A stretch of 64,000 bases of DNA from Chrysomallon squamiferum (taxonomy: Eukaryota; Animalia; Mollusca), in NCBI GenBank assembly GCA_012295275.1, contig CM022672.1, positions 12,524,001 through 12,588,000 on the forward strand, in the 5' to 3' direction. Of the stretch, positions 62,301-64,000 are shown piece by piece. How positions within the stretch are numbered: the stretch's first letter is position 1; each line of letters begins with the position of its first letter. The notes beneath the pieces are model-generated. The model was not told the DNA's origin, did not search any database, and saw nothing but the letters and a program-made list of their open reading frames with translations. The position numbers and the translations under genes are program-made.

Positions 62301-63844
62301 AACTGACTGCTGTTTGGTACCAGGTTATTGAAACTCTTCCAACATTGGTGAGGTTAGGGGTGAAAATCCCTGGGACAAAGGGATAGCCAAGAATTGCCAA
62401 CATCCCAGTTGTGACGGTTTCTTTCATTGTCACATCAGAAATAGTTGCCTCAGTGGAGTTCTCCGAATGCAGCAGCTCAGTTTTAAAAAACACTAATGGT
62501 GGTTTCCTTGAGCTATCAATCATCTGTAAAATAAATAATATTTAAAAAAATAAATAAATGAAAGTAAATATAATAAAATAAATAAATAAATAAACAAAAA
62601 TAAAAAATAATAAAATAATAAACAAACAAAAATAATCCTAACAGCAACAATAACACAAAACAAACAAACACATAAATAATCATAATTTTAATTAGAAAAT
62701 GAAGTATTATTCAAAGGCTAGTACCTAACAGTATAGATAATAAGAACAGATGAATGTTTAAGGACACTTTAAATCATTTTAACACTAAGGGTTATTAGGT
62801 GTATGTAGTTTGTGTTCTGCTTATATGAGAGGAAATCTCCTTTAATATGAACCTTATCACAGACAGGAATTTAATACTGCCTTTAATTAAAAAAAAATGT
62901 GCCATAGTATTTAGGTGGATGGGAAATTGCCTTTTGGGAATACTGATGGATGACTAAATTCTAACTGCACATTTTTACAGCTATAAGTTCTATTAATATC
63001 TAAAACAAATGTGACAACAAAATTAGTTAATCATAAGGTGAAAAATTATATTATATCAAATAGCAAGAGGCAGGTGCAGTTTTTCTGAAAATGGGAGGCA
63101 TTGTAGGTGTAATGGATGTAACTTTCAAGGTGAAATGAGTTTCAAATAGAGTTAAAAACATTTAGAAAAAAAAAAAATTAAAAAAAAAAACACTGGTTCA
63201 TGGAATTTCCTAAATCTGTTTTGTACATTATTTTAAAAAAAATTTGTGTAAAGACTTTATTTACAATACATCATTACAGTTAACGATAAAAATAATGATG
63301 ACAAAGGTTTTTAAATGAAAAATTCTGGTCTCTTCAATATTTTGTGTTCTAATTTCTTCTTTTATTCCACAAAAATAATCATATTATTTAAAATTAATTT
63401 CTGGCTTCTTTATGGCATTTTCCTTTCAATAATTCCATGAAAATGCAATCATATTATTTAAAATTAATTGTTACAGTTAACAATAAATAAAAAGTTGCCT
63501 TACTTCAAGAGTTCTGGTTGTGTTTTTTTAATTTAAATCTAATCACTTTGTTTATGATATATTTTCACAGCTGATAATAAATTTGATGTTGATTCATTTC
63601 CCGATTAATACCATCAAAATGCAGTCACACTATTTAAAATAGATTAAAACACTTAACAGTAACTGTAACATTGACTTACTTCAAGAGTTCTTGTTATGAT
63701 GACATCAGGGACTGTGATGGAAGAATCGTTGGATACATTCTGAATATGTGTGCGGACTCCATTACCAAGGACAGTGTCTGCAGAACCGAGTACCGGCCAA
63801 GGGGAACCAGGCGTAACAGAATTATCAGACACCATTAAAGTCAC
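44558..63844 (-). CDS. EVC2: EVC2/limbin-like type I transmembrane coiled-coil protein (5' exons beyond window end); ~26 exons in window
   Basis: Exons (minus): 63844-63680, 62523-62301, 61755-61649, 61155-61084, 60344-60201 (TM: LTFFMALLLGILLVILIVCIIM), 59470-59382, 58941-58864, 58326-58083, 57815-57735, 57270-57160, 56709-56485, 56137-56058, 55532-55373, 55070-55008, 54660-54600, 54068-53877, 53564-53357, 52639-52438, 51993-51742, 51060-50935, 50574-50521, 50044-49875, 49493-~49406, 48622-48450, 47324-47220, 44963-44558. Lumenal region, single TM, post-TM segment (MDILTTNEVEQELESEQTDMSTQASIQLIHGL...ISKQTEDKVISDF) resembling the EVC2-like domain, long E/Q/K coiled coil, basic C-terminal tail. 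Confidence 0.78.
45991..46326. mobile_element. Non-autonomous Tc1/mariner-pogo-type MITE (336 bp) with 16-bp TIRs and TA target duplication
   Basis: TA|CAGGTACTGGACCAAT (45991-46006) ... ATTGGTCCGGTACCTG|TA (46311-46326): 15/16 inverted match, TA on both flanks; subterminal ccagaaaactggaa motifs at both ends; no transposase ORF. Confidence 0.8.
47436..47917. mobile_element. Second, more degenerate MITE of related type (~480 bp) with TA flanks
   Basis: TA|CAGGTTTCAAACCATTTATC ... GATAAATGATTCGGTACCTG|TA, 16/20 inverted match; shares GGTACCTG terminus and tggaaatccagaaaa subterminal motifs with the 45991 element. Confidence 0.65.
52871..52946 (+). repeat. 76-bp repeat copy A (inverted relative to 54528-54603); possibly degenerate tRNA-derived SINE head
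   Basis: attggtaagtggtaatatcagtggttagacatgactggagaatgataggttccaggatcaatcttcttcaggacac aligns ungapped to the reverse complement of 54528-54603 with 8 mismatches; loosely A-box-like (cagtggttaga) and B-box-like (ggatcaatc) segments. Confidence 0.85.
54528..54603 (-). repeat. 76-bp repeat copy B, overlapping the splice donor of EVC2-like exon 54660-54600
   Basis: Minus strand reads attg|gtaagtgataagatcagtggctagacatgactggagaatgacacattccaggatcaatctccttcaggatac; the first 4 nt are exonic and GTAAGT is the donor. Confidence 0.85.
56268..56327. repeat. (CT)n microsatellite
   Basis: CT run adjacent to CA runs. Confidence 0.95.
60483..60640. repeat. Degenerate AT-rich tandem duplication
   Basis: Core attttctttgaatttaaat occurs three times (~60498, ~60533, ~60617); copies 1 and 3 also share upstream tctgaagtta. 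Confidence 0.7.
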
Positions 63845-64000
63845 CTGTTCAACAGAAGAAAAGTTTAGCTTAGTAACACATTCAGTGCATTTTTAAAATG
63901 TCCCTACAGTGATACAAGAATATATAAAGTATATTTTCTAGCTATGTTTAATTTGTATTTTGGTAAAAACTGTGACATTAAGATGTTCTGTATCAGTATT

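Overview
Very AT-rich, microsatellite-laden eukaryotic DNA with short GT-AG introns; gene content suggests a lophotrochozoan (mollusc-like) invertebrate (inference). I assembled five spliced genes by hand. (1) The 3' half of Integrator subunit INTS5 (+, 359-5803). (2) Tubulin polyglutamylase TTLL11 (-, 10276-22097). (3) A secreted mosaic pseudo-protease: signal peptide, 6-Cys clip/beta-defensin-like knot, three Ca-binding EGFs and a trypsin-fold domain lacking all three catalytic residues (-, 24282-30171). (4) CCDC149 (+, 31762-37678). (5) Most of an EVC2/limbin-like transmembrane coiled-coil gene (-, 44558-63844, 5' end outside the window). Non-coding structure includes two TA-flanked Tc1/mariner-pogo-type MITEs, a 76-bp inverted repeat covering an EVC2 splice donor and bracketing two exons, a perfect 23-bp intronic hairpin, a 3x~200-bp tandem repeat and many microsatellites. 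The pseudo-protease and the splice-site inverted repeat look most novel. Family calls are from recalled motifs; no searches were run.
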